Shown: one piece after another, positions 17,527-26,165 of the stretch
How positions within the stretch are numbered: position 1 is the stretch's first letter
How the letters are laid out: every line of letters starts with the position of its first letter
IMG/VR virus record: IMGVR_UViG_3300043431_000358
Coordinates: 1 to 59,650 of that record
Length of the DNA: 59,650 nt
Origin: a virus
Taxonomy: Duplodnaviria > Caudoviricetes
Reading direction: 5' to 3' (one strand)
The notes under the pieces: model-generated
Told to the model about the DNA's origin: nothing
What the model saw: the letters and a program-made list of their open reading frames with translations, nothing else
Databases searched by the model: none
Position numbers and translations under genes: made by a program

Positions 17527-17965
17527 AGGCGTGGCCGCGCTGACGCGGCAACTCAAGGAACTTGGCGACCCGAAGGCCCAGGCCGCCACGCTTCGCGCCG
17601 CCGTGCGCACCCCCATGCGCGCGGTGATGGCCAAGGCCAAGGCGAACATCGCCAGCTTCAGCCCGGGTCAAACCGACATCCACCGCACGTACAAGGGCCG
17701 CATGGTCGGCGCCGGGTTCGCGGCCCGCAGCATCCGGATCAAGATCCAGCTTTCCCGGGACAAAGAGGCGGCGTTCGCGTTCCTGGGCGTGGCGCCGGAG
17801 GCGTTCTACGCGGTGCAATTCTTCGAGCTGGGGACGGCCCACATCGCCAAGCAGCCGTGGCTGGTGCCGGCGTTCGAATCCAGCCAGAACGCCATGGTGC
17901 AAGGCATCGCCACCGAGTTGCGCAAGCGCATCGAGCGCATCGCCAAGCAGCGGGGCGGCAAGTGA
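17501..17965 (+). CDS. HK97 gp10-like neck/tail-completion protein
   Basis: FY..FFELGT.H...QPWL.PA motif. Confidence 0.85.
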   Translation: MSVVATAIEGVAALTRQLKELGDPKAQAATLRAAVRTPMRAVMAKAKANIASFSPGQTDIHRTYKGRMVGAGFAARSIRIKIQLSRDKEAAFAFLGVAPEAFYAVQFFELGTAHIAKQPWLVPAFESSQNAMVQGIATELRKRIERIAKQRGGK

Positions 17966-18372
17966 TCAACGAAGCCGTCTACCAGCACCTGATCGGCACG
18001 GCCGGCGTGGCCGCCATCGTGGGCACCCGGATCCACCCGCTCGTGATCCCCCAGCGCATTGCCGCATCGACGCAGCGGGTGCCGGCCGTCGTCTACTCAA
18101 TCAGCGGGGTGGACCGGGCGATTTCATACTGCGGCACGGACAGGCTGGTGCGCAGCACCTTGGGCATTGACTGCTATGCCGCCGAGTATGATGCGGCTCG
18201 TGCGCTGGCGACCGCGGTGCGCACGGCGCTGGTGGACTTTTCCGGGCCGATGGGCAGCGCCACCGTGGTCCCAGTGCGCACCTGCAACATCGAGACCGAG
18301 TTCGACTTGTTGGACATCGAGCCCGGCCTGTATCGCGTATCCCAGCAGTGGACTATCTGGCACGAGGAGTGA
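17962..18372 (+). CDS. Tail terminator (DUF3168-like)
   Basis: RIHP...PQ, P.VVY..IS, IDCYA..Y..A..LA..VR.AL; precedes tail tube. Confidence 0.8.
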   Translation: MINEAVYQHLIGTAGVAAIVGTRIHPLVIPQRIAASTQRVPAVVYSISGVDRAISYCGTDRLVRSTLGIDCYAAEYDAARALATAVRTALVDFSGPMGSATVVPVRTCNIETEFDLLDIEPGLYRVSQQWTIWHEE

Positions 18373-18378
18373 CCGATC

Positions 18379-18807
18379 ATGGCGAGCGAAGACACCTTCA
18401 TCGGCAACGATTTTGTTGTCCAGATCGAGAGCCTCACCAGCTCCGGCAACTTCCAGGACATCTGCGCGGCCGTGGACTTCGGCAGCGTCGGCGAGGAGAA
18501 GCCTTTGGTGGACGTGACGGGCTACTGCGACACCGCCCGGACCTACCGCAACGGCCTGGCCGACGGGGTGGAAATCCCGCTCCAGTGCAACTTCATCCCA
18601 GGCGACACCACGCTGGAGAGCATGTATGACAGCTACCAGTCCGACACGGTGCGCAACTTCCGCATCTCGTACAAGGATGGGTCGCCGACCAACTACTTCC
18701 AGTTCGCGGCCACGATCCGGGCCTGGAACATCACCGGCCCAATCGGCGAGAAGTCGGTGATGCAGTTCACCCTCAAGATCTCCGGCGCCGTCACCTGGAA
18801 CCGCTGA
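18379..18807 (+). CDS. Major tail tube protein
   Basis: VDVT, GLADG, NFIP, TLKISG.VTW; precedes chaperones and tape measure. Confidence 0.85.
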   Translation: MASEDTFIGNDFVVQIESLTSSGNFQDICAAVDFGSVGEEKPLVDVTGYCDTARTYRNGLADGVEIPLQCNFIPGDTTLESMYDSYQSDTVRNFRISYKDGSPTNYFQFAATIRAWNITGPIGEKSVMQFTLKISGAVTWNR

Positions 18808-19106
18808 TGAACATGCGCTCGCGCCTGCTGGCGCTCACCGTCCGCCGCATCACCGACATCAGCATCGAGGGCGAAGTGTTCCGCGTCCGCGAGCCCACGG
18901 CCGGCGACGTGCAGGCCTTCGTGAAACAACGTGAAGCGGATGCGCGCTGCGCCATGGCCAGCCTGATGGCCGCGTGCATGGTGGACGAGGACGGAGAACC
19001 GTTCCTGACGGCCGAGGATGCGCTGGCCATCGCGGATGTGCCGCGGCTGGCCACCCCCATCGTGGATGCCCTCACCAACGCGATGGGCGCCCAAAAAAAA
19101 GGCTGA
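18807..19106 (+). CDS. Tail assembly chaperone (gpG-like)
   Basis: Between tail tube and tape measure; ends on an A8 slippery run. Confidence 0.8.
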   Translation: MNMRSRLLALTVRRITDISIEGEVFRVREPTAGDVQAFVKQREADARCAMASLMAACMVDEDGEPFLTAEDALAIADVPRLATPIVDALTNAMGAQKKG

Positions 19107-19432
19107 GCCCAGCCGAGTTGTTCGACCACCGCCTGGCCGCGCTGCTGGGCCGCACGGTGGGGGAGATGAGGGCCACGCTGCCGTGGGATGAGTACTGCAG
19201 CTGGCTGGCATACTGGCAGGTGGAGCCCTGGGGCCCGTGGAGGGACAACGTGCACGCCGCCATCATCGCCCGCGAGGTGACTCGCGCAAACGCACGGCTA
19301 CGCCGCGGCGCCAAGCTGGAGCTGGCCGGCTACATGGTCATCGACCCCGAGGAGCGCCAGCGCGCTGCCAACGAACGCGTGGTCAGCATGCTGCAGGCTA
19401 TGGCCGTGATGGGAGAGCGCCGTGGCAACTGA
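19094..19432 (+). CDS. Tail assembly chaperone frameshift extension (gpGT-like)
   Basis: -1 frame open from A AAA AAA (19094-19100): LA..LGRTV.E, W.AY...EPWG..R. Confidence 0.75.
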   Translation, partial: KKRLSPAELFDHRLAALLGRTVGEMRATLPWDEYCSWLAYWQVEPWGPWRDNVHAAIIAREVTRANARLRRGAKLELAGYMVIDPEERQRAANERVVSMLQAMAVMGERRGN

Positions 19433-21590
19433 CCTCGCAAAGCTCGTAGTCCGGCTGGAGGCGCAGACCGCCCAGTACATGGCTGGCATGCAGGCCGCAG
19501 AGCAGCGCCTGGCAAAGTTCAACAAGCAGGCCGTGGGGTTCGCCGCAGGCGTCGGGGCATCGATTGGGCAGGCCCTGACAGGGTTGGCCAGCCGCTTCGT
19601 TGACATGGGCAAGGCCGCCATCGACAACGCCGACAACCTGAACAAGCTGTCGCAGGCAACCGGGGTGAGCGTCGAGGCGCTGTCGCAACTGCAGTTCGCG
19701 GCGGACCTGTCCGGGCTGTCCACAGAGGAACTGGCGGCATCGCTGTCGAAGCTGGCGCGCGCTGGTACAGAAGCGGCCGCGGGGTCCCGCGCGCAGGTGG
19801 ACGCTTTCGAGCGCCTGGGCGTGTCGGTCAAGAACACGGACGGCAGCCTCAAGAGCACCGAGGAGTTGCTGCTGGACGTGGCGCAGGCCTTCTCGCAGCT
19901 GGAGGACGGCCTGGCCAAGAACGCGCTGGCCCAGGACCTGTTCGGCAAGAGCGGCGCCAAGATGATCCCGTTCCTGAACGCCGGCCGCGAGGGCATCGCG
20001 GCGCTGCGCAAGGAAGCGGACGCGCTGGGCCTGACCATCACCAGCAGCACGGCCCAGTCGGCCGAGCGGTTCAACGACGCGCTGAGCACCGTCTCTGCAG
20101 CGGCCGGGGGCCTGGTGAACAAGTTCGTTCAGGAAGCGCTGCCGGTGTTCGAGAAGATCGCGCAGCGCTTCGTTGACGCGGCGCGTGACGGTGGCGCGCT
20201 GAGCGTGGCCGTGGACGTCCTGTCGGTTGCCTTCAAAGGTCTTTTCACGGCGGGCGTGGTGGTCGTGAGCATCTTCCAGCAGATTGGCCTGTACATCAAC
20301 GGGCTGCTGACCGCGCTGGCGCTGCTGGCTACTGGGAGCGTGAAAGAGGCGGCGGATGTCCTCAAGGACCGCTTCAGCCAGATGCGCCAGAACATCGTCA
20401 AGGACACCGAGACCATCGTGGCCGTATGGCAGGACGCGGCGCCCAAGTTGAAGACCGCGGCCAAGGCGTCCGGGGACGCGCTGCAGGTCATCGACCAGGA
20501 AGCGCGCAAGGCGTCCGATGGCGCGCTCAAGTCCATCACCGCGCTGGCCGACGGATTGCGCCAGCAGGTGGCCACCTTCGGGATGGGTGAAAAGGCAACC
20601 ATCGAATACCGGATCGCGCAGGGCGACCTGGCTGAGCAGTTCGCGAAAGCCGGCGCAGCTGGCAATGCCATGCGCCAGAGAATCGTCGGGCTTACCGAGA
20701 TCCTGGCCGCCCTGGAAAAGCGCACCCAGGCTGCGAAGAAGGCTGAGGAGGAAGCCAATGCAGTGCGGCAGGAGGGCCTCGCGGTGTTCGAGTCCACCCG
20801 CAACCCGGCTGAGCAATACATAGCCACCATCGACCGGCTGGGCAGCCTACTGCAGGCCGGTGCGATCGACTTCCAAACCTACCAGCGCGCGATCGATCAG
20901 GCCCAGGATGCGTTCGACCGGCAGAACGTCGCTCTCCAGCAAGGTATCCGCGTGTTCGAGGAGACGCGCACGCCGGCCGAGGAGTACGAGGCGCGACTCC
21001 AGAAGCTGCAAGAGCTGCTGGCGCAGAACGCCATCAACCAGGACACGTTCAACAGGGCCACGGCCCAGGCCAAGGATGCGTTCGACACGGCCGTGAAGGG
21101 TAGCCAGAAGGGCGCTCAAGAGCTGCAGGGGTTCTTGACCCAGGCACTGACCGGCGGATTCGAGGACGGGGCCCGCGGCATCCTGCGCGGCTTCATCCAG
21201 CTCCTGCTGCAGATGCAGGCCCAGGCGCTGGCCGCCAAGATCACGCAGTCGATCTTCGGCGCTGCAGGTGGTGCTGGCGGCGGCGCAGGTGCGGCCGGCG
21301 CGCTGGTCAGCCTGTTCGGAGGCACGCGCTCTACCGGTGGCGATGCCAGCGCAGGCAAGGAGTACATCGTAGGGGAGCGCGGGCCGGAGCGGTTCGTGCC
21401 CGATGTCAACGGCCGGATAATGAGCAACGACAGCCTTGCGCCGCAGATCACGGTGAACCCCCAGATCATCAACGTGCGGGACCCCAACGAGATCCCCAAC
21501 GCAATCCAGAGCGGCGCGGGCGAGGCGGCCATCATCAACATCATCGGCCGCAACCCCGGGGTGATCAAGCAGCTACTGCAAGGCGGGTGA
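19422..21590 (+). CDS. Tail tape measure protein
   Basis: 722 aa, Ala/Gln-rich helical, N-terminal LAKLVVRLEA.TA, C-terminal VGERGPE.FVP. Confidence 0.92.
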   Translation: MATDLAKLVVRLEAQTAQYMAGMQAAEQRLAKFNKQAVGFAAGVGASIGQALTGLASRFVDMGKAAIDNADNLNKLSQATGVSVEALSQLQFAADLSGLSTEELAASLSKLARAGTEAAAGSRAQVDAFERLGVSVKNTDGSLKSTEELLLDVAQAFSQLEDGLAKNALAQDLFGKSGAKMIPFLNAGREGIAALRKEADALGLTITSSTAQSAERFNDALSTVSAAAGGLVNKFVQEALPVFEKIAQRFVDAARDGGALSVAVDVLSVAFKGLFTAGVVVVSIFQQIGLYINGLLTALALLATGSVKEAADVLKDRFSQMRQNIVKDTETIVAVWQDAAPKLKTAAKASGDALQVIDQEARKASDGALKSITALADGLRQQVATFGMGEKATIEYRIAQGDLAEQFAKAGAAGNAMRQRIVGLTEILAALEKRTQAAKKAEEEANAVRQEGLAVFESTRNPAEQYIATIDRLGSLLQAGAIDFQTYQRAIDQAQDAFDRQNVALQQGIRVFEETRTPAEEYEARLQKLQELLAQNAINQDTFNRATAQAKDAFDTAVKGSQKGAQELQGFLTQALTGGFEDGARGILRGFIQLLLQMQAQALAAKITQSIFGAAGGAGGGAGAAGALVSLFGGTRSTGGDASAGKEYIVGERGPERFVPDVNGRIMSNDSLAPQITVNPQIINVRDPNEIPNAIQSGAGEAAIINIIGRNPGVIKQLLQGG

Positions 21591-21591
21591 C

Positions 21592-22644
21592 ATGGCGTAT
21601 GCGACCGGCACGGCCGAAGATTTCATCGACTTCCTGAGGATGCTGCGCGACTACGCCAGCGGCGCCATCGAGCCTGGCGGGTCGCCCACCAGCGGGCTCA
21701 CGGGCGGGATCCCGGTGCCAGCGGCCGACCAGTGGACCGTGCTGGCCAACGGCGCCGGCATGCCAGCACTGCCCAGCACTGGCTTTGCCACGGACGGCGA
21801 GGTCTACCTGCAGGGCCCAGGCAGTGACCCGGCGGACCAGATCATCGTCGGTCTGAAGACCTACCGATCGGTCGGCGCCAACATCTTCGGATGGGACCTG
21901 CGCGGCTTCACGGCGTTCAACAGCGCGCTGACATTTGACACTCTGCCAGGCGTGTCTCCCGCGGTCTACGCGGCGTTCGACGACGCGGCATTCGACTGCT
22001 GGTTCTGGGTGGACCGCCGGCGCATCATGGCGCTGGCCCGCGTGGGCACCACCGACATCCTGGTGCACCTCGGGTTCATCCAGCAGTTCGGCACGCGCAA
22101 CCAGTACCCCTACCCGCTGCTCATCGGCGGCAGCCAGGACCGAAACACCGCGAGCTTCCAAACCAACAACTTCGGCCAGAGCAGCCTGCCTGATCCGTGC
22201 AATAACGGTGCGCAGTTGCGGTGGGTGGATGGGTCTTGGCAGGAGTACCGAAACTACAGCAGCAACGACTCCACGCGCAGCCAGGCACGCATAGCAACTG
22301 GTAACGTGGTGTGGCCGCACCGAAATTCTTCGACCAATGCTGATGGCGTGGATTCTTCGACGGCAGAGGGCAACGAGGACGCGCTATTCGAGTCTTTCTC
22401 CGTGGGTAGCTCGGTGGCCATCAGCAGCGCCGAGATAGGCGAGTACGCGCTGTTCCCATCGATCCTCACAAACAGCACGCAGCTGGTCGGCAGGATAGAC
22501 GGTCTATACACCGTCTTCGGTTTGGGTTTGGTGAGCGGCGACACCATCACCGACAACAGCGAATCCCCGGCAGTCACATACGACGTTTTCGCCAACACGT
22601 GGCGCACCGAACCCGTGGATTTCATTGCCATTAGAAGGAGCTGA
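21592..22644 (+). CDS. Virion structural (tail) protein
   Basis: Follows tape measure; MAYATGTA start and YPYPL.IGG motif seen in siphovirus minor tail proteins. Confidence 0.7.
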   Translation: MAYATGTAEDFIDFLRMLRDYASGAIEPGGSPTSGLTGGIPVPAADQWTVLANGAGMPALPSTGFATDGEVYLQGPGSDPADQIIVGLKTYRSVGANIFGWDLRGFTAFNSALTFDTLPGVSPAVYAAFDDAAFDCWFWVDRRRIMALARVGTTDILVHLGFIQQFGTRNQYPYPLLIGGSQDRNTASFQTNNFGQSSLPDPCNNGAQLRWVDGSWQEYRNYSSNDSTRSQARIATGNVVWPHRNSSTNADGVDSSTAEGNEDALFESFSVGSSVAISSAEIGEYALFPSILTNSTQLVGRIDGLYTVFGLGLVSGDTITDNSESPAVTYDVFANTWRTEPVDFIAIRRS

Positions 22645-22647
22645 ACC

Positions 22648-23649
22648 GTGCCTATAGAACGCCTCACCAACGTGGCCGACTTCGACGACTTGCTTGGCGA
22701 GATCCGGACCTTTCTGAATGCCACTGGGGATTGGACGATCCACCGCGATCTGGACACGCCCGACGAGGGTTCCTCGGCTGGAGGACGCATTCTTGTGGTT
22801 AGTAACGGTGATGTGCTGGCCGGACTTAGGTCCACCACGACGGGACCTGGCGGCGGGCGACTCTACCTGTTCGACGGCATCCCGCCATATACCGGTACGC
22901 CTAACCTGGATGCGCTTCCAAACAACTCCGGCGTGGTGATGTCAGGATCCGATTACACCAGCGGAACGACGCCACCCGCCAAGGCGTTCACAACGACGTT
23001 CGCCGGCCCGTTCCCCACCGCATACCTACTCAGCGACGACCCAAGCACATACTGCCACATTGTCATCGAGGTGACTGCCGGAAAGTACCGCCACATCCTG
23101 TTTGGCAACATCCATAAGTTTGGCTCATGGACGGGTGGCGGCTACTACGCCAGTCACCGGTGGACCACAGGTGCCATCGTCGACGCCCCGAACGGTAACA
23201 CCCATACCGTGCCATTCGACGGTTCGTCAAATGCCGCCACTGGTGGTCAGTGGACGTTGCATTACGAGGGTAGCGGCTTCGCGTGGGTAGCCCCACTGCA
23301 AACCACTTTCAATGGTGTCAGTCGGAGCCTCGTGCGAGGATCTGTGCGCGGTGGGTTCGGCACTCTCTTTCGGTCGATCCAGGAATCAGCGTTCTCTGGC
23401 CTGGTGGCACTCAACCCGGTCACGGTGTGGCCGGTCAACACTACAGACACACCAGTGACGACACGATGCGCCGGCCGAGTGCCAGACGTGGCAGAGATAA
23501 ACCTGGGGAACTTTTCTCCAGGAGATAGCTACTTCATCGGCGCCGATGAGTGGATCGTGTTCCCGGTAGCTACCAAGGGCCTTCCGTCGGCGCGGCTTGG
23601 CGTGGAGAACAGCGGGTACTTCGGCCTGGCCTACCTGGTGCGTCCGTGA
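22648..23649 (+). CDS. Virion structural (tail) protein
   Basis: YRH..FG...K.G.WTGG.Y, W.VFP...K, SG..G.AY; position in tail module. Confidence 0.7.
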   Translation: MPIERLTNVADFDDLLGEIRTFLNATGDWTIHRDLDTPDEGSSAGGRILVVSNGDVLAGLRSTTTGPGGGRLYLFDGIPPYTGTPNLDALPNNSGVVMSGSDYTSGTTPPAKAFTTTFAGPFPTAYLLSDDPSTYCHIVIEVTAGKYRHILFGNIHKFGSWTGGGYYASHRWTTGAIVDAPNGNTHTVPFDGSSNAATGGQWTLHYEGSGFAWVAPLQTTFNGVSRSLVRGSVRGGFGTLFRSIQESAFSGLVALNPVTVWPVNTTDTPVTTRCAGRVPDVAEINLGNFSPGDSYFIGADEWIVFPVATKGLPSARLGVENSGYFGLAYLVRP

Positions 23650-25340
23650 CAGCCTACGATGGCTTTCTGTTCCCACTGCCTGAGTTGTACCAGCAGGAGC
23701 TGAGCAGCAGCCTGGACGACGGCATAGATCAGCCTGGATCCATCGCCATGGTCTTGCTCGACGACGTGGCCACCATCACAGGCACCGTTGGGCAGCGCAC
23801 CTCTACGCCGCGCCAATCGCATGCGCTGGCTGGCCACGTGCACACGGCATGGGACGACCTGCTATTCGGACACATCCTGATCATCCCGTCACGGCTGGAC
23901 CTGGGCAACATTCTGAGCAACCAGACCCGCACGCTTGAGATCGCCAACCTTTACCTGACCGAGCGCGAGTGGCTCAGCGCCGTCACCGGTGTGGCCGGGC
24001 TGACGTTCAACAACCTTCCGGCCTTCGGCTCGCCGCCGTCGCCCTACCTTCTGCCGTCTTTCGGCTCGTTCCTGCTGCAGGTTGGCATCTCGGCTGAAGG
24101 TCCCGCATCCATCGACGGCACCATCACGCTGGACTTCGACGTCGGCCCGCAGGACGTGCCAGTTACCGGCCAGCGCGTGGTGCTGTGGCCGTTCCAGCCG
24201 CAGCCGGATATCTTGGAGACGCTGGAGTGGGCCACCAACGTGATGGAGGCCTACGACGGGACCGAACAGCGGATGAGCATCCGCACCACCCCGCGCCAGC
24301 GCCTGCGTATGAACTTCGTCAAGTTCGCGGCGGTGGAGCGGCGCGCGAAGGCGCTGCTGTTCGACTGGCTGGCGCGCGTGTTCGCGCTGCCGGTGTGGTT
24401 CGAAGCCCGTCGCACCACAGCACCGTCAACGGTGGGCGCCACCAGCATCGCCGTCGACACGGACGCAGGCGACTTCCGTGTGACCGGCCTGGTATTCATC
24501 TACTCCAGCGACACGGCATATGAGGCGGTCGAGATCGAGGCCGTCAACGCCAGCAGCCTGGACCTGGCCAGCGAGCTGACGCTGGCCTACCCATCCGGCA
24601 CGCTGGTCATGCCGGCGCGCACGGTCTACGCCAAGAGCGTTCCCAGCACGCCGCGGCTGCCCGGCGGCGGCAGCGCCTACGCGATGGAGTTCGTCACCAT
24701 CGTCGGCCAGGACCTGGCGTCCACATCCGGCTCCTCTGCATACGATGGCAAGGTGCTGCTGGACGACTGCAACCTGGTCGAGTCAGGCGACGGTGACGCG
24801 TGGGAGCGTCCAGTGATCGTTCTGGACACGGACTCCGGCCGGATCTACCAGACCAGCCGGGTGGATCGCAGCCGCTTCCGAACCCGCAAGGTCTGGGACT
24901 CGACCAGCCTGGCCGAGACGTGGCGCATTCGGCAATTGCTTCATGCGCTGGCCGGCAGCCGGGTGTCATTCTGGTTGCCGTCGTTCCGGTCAGACCTTGT
25001 GCTGGCTGCAACCATCGGTCCGGCGGCTCTGACGTTCCGGGTCGAGGAGTGCGGCTACACATCGCTGATCCAGTCGCGCAGGCCATTCGCTGATGTTCGG
25101 CTGGTGCTGGTCGACGGAACAGCCATCGTGCGCCGCGTGACCGGGTCTGTGGTGGACGGAGCGCAGGAGGTCCTCACGATCGATTCGGCGTTCGATCCGC
25201 TGGCCCCCATCCTCATTGCCGATGTGGAGCGCATCGAGCTGGTGAACCTGGTGCGCATCGCGGACGACAAGGCCGAGATCCAGCACCGCCGCCTGGGCGA
25301 TGCCTCGGTTAGCATCGCGGTCGTGACCTGCAAGGAGTAG
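23646..25340 (+). CDS. Tail protein (distal tail/hub-like)
   Basis: ETLEW.T......DG.EQR...R..PR and G....FWLPS motifs; GTG start coupled to upstream stop. Confidence 0.7.
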   Translation: MTAYDGFLFPLPELYQQELSSSLDDGIDQPGSIAMVLLDDVATITGTVGQRTSTPRQSHALAGHVHTAWDDLLFGHILIIPSRLDLGNILSNQTRTLEIANLYLTEREWLSAVTGVAGLTFNNLPAFGSPPSPYLLPSFGSFLLQVGISAEGPASIDGTITLDFDVGPQDVPVTGQRVVLWPFQPQPDILETLEWATNVMEAYDGTEQRMSIRTTPRQRLRMNFVKFAAVERRAKALLFDWLARVFALPVWFEARRTTAPSTVGATSIAVDTDAGDFRVTGLVFIYSSDTAYEAVEIEAVNASSLDLASELTLAYPSGTLVMPARTVYAKSVPSTPRLPGGGSAYAMEFVTIVGQDLASTSGSSAYDGKVLLDDCNLVESGDGDAWERPVIVLDTDSGRIYQTSRVDRSRFRTRKVWDSTSLAETWRIRQLLHALAGSRVSFWLPSFRSDLVLAATIGPAALTFRVEECGYTSLIQSRRPFADVRLVLVDGTAIVRRVTGSVVDGAQEVLTIDSAFDPLAPILIADVERIELVNLVRIADDKAEIQHRRLGDASVSIAVVTCKE

Positions 25341-25343
25341 GGC

Positions 25344-26165
25344 GTGCCATTCGCAGACAACGAGGAGAGCGTCGAATCCGGGGCTCCGGTGGAGCTGTAC
25401 CTGTTCAGCTACTCGGGCGGGTCGTTCCGCTACACCTCGGCCGATGCGGACATCGACTTCCAGTCCGCCACCTACACCCAGACGGCCCTGTCACGCAGCC
25501 AGGTGGACGACTCGTCCGACGTGCTCAAGTCGTCGATGAACATCACGGTCCCGGAGGACTTCGTGGTGTCGCGCCTGTTCGAGGTGGCACCGCCCAGTGA
25601 CGTGGTGACCGTCACCATCTACCGCATGCACACCACCAACCCGGGAGACTACGCCACCATCTGGATCGGCCGCGTGCTCAATGCGGTGTGGTCGGTTGGG
25701 TCCAGCGTGCTGTCGTGCGAGAGCGTCTTCACGCGCATGCGCACGCCGGGCCTGCGCCGCATCTTCTCGCGCAACTGCCCGCACCTGCTGTACGGACCGG
25801 CGTGCCGCGCGCAAGAAACCCTCTTCCAGGAAGTCGCCGTTCTGAACGGCCTGGAGTCTGCGGGCTTTGATGTGACGTCGCCAACGTTTGACGCTCAGCC
25901 AGACGGATACTTCGCCGGCGGCAAGCTCTCCTTCGAGTCGAGCCCGGGCGTGGTGGAGCGCCGCGGCATCCGCGACCACGTCGGAGACACCATCACCATG
26001 ACGCATCCCATCGCGTCGCTGCTGGCCACCTCGGTGGTCACCGTGGCCCCGGGCTGCGCACGCACCCGCGACGTGTGCGTGGCCACGTTCAACAACGTCG
26101 TCAACTTCGGCGGCTTTCCGTTCATCCCCCCACGCAACCCCTTCGGGGGTGGATCGGTGTTCTGA
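25344..26165 (+). CDS. Tail-tip protein, DUF2163/BR0599 (lambda gpL-like) family
   Basis: PVELY.F, CPHLLYGPAC, PGC......C...FNN..NFGGFPFIP..NP. Confidence 0.85.
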   Translation: MPFADNEESVESGAPVELYLFSYSGGSFRYTSADADIDFQSATYTQTALSRSQVDDSSDVLKSSMNITVPEDFVVSRLFEVAPPSDVVTVTIYRMHTTNPGDYATIWIGRVLNAVWSVGSSVLSCESVFTRMRTPGLRRIFSRNCPHLLYGPACRAQETLFQEVAVLNGLESAGFDVTSPTFDAQPDGYFAGGKLSFESSPGVVERRGIRDHVGDTITMTHPIASLLATSVVTVAPGCARTRDVCVATFNNVVNFGGFPFIPPRNPFGGGSVF

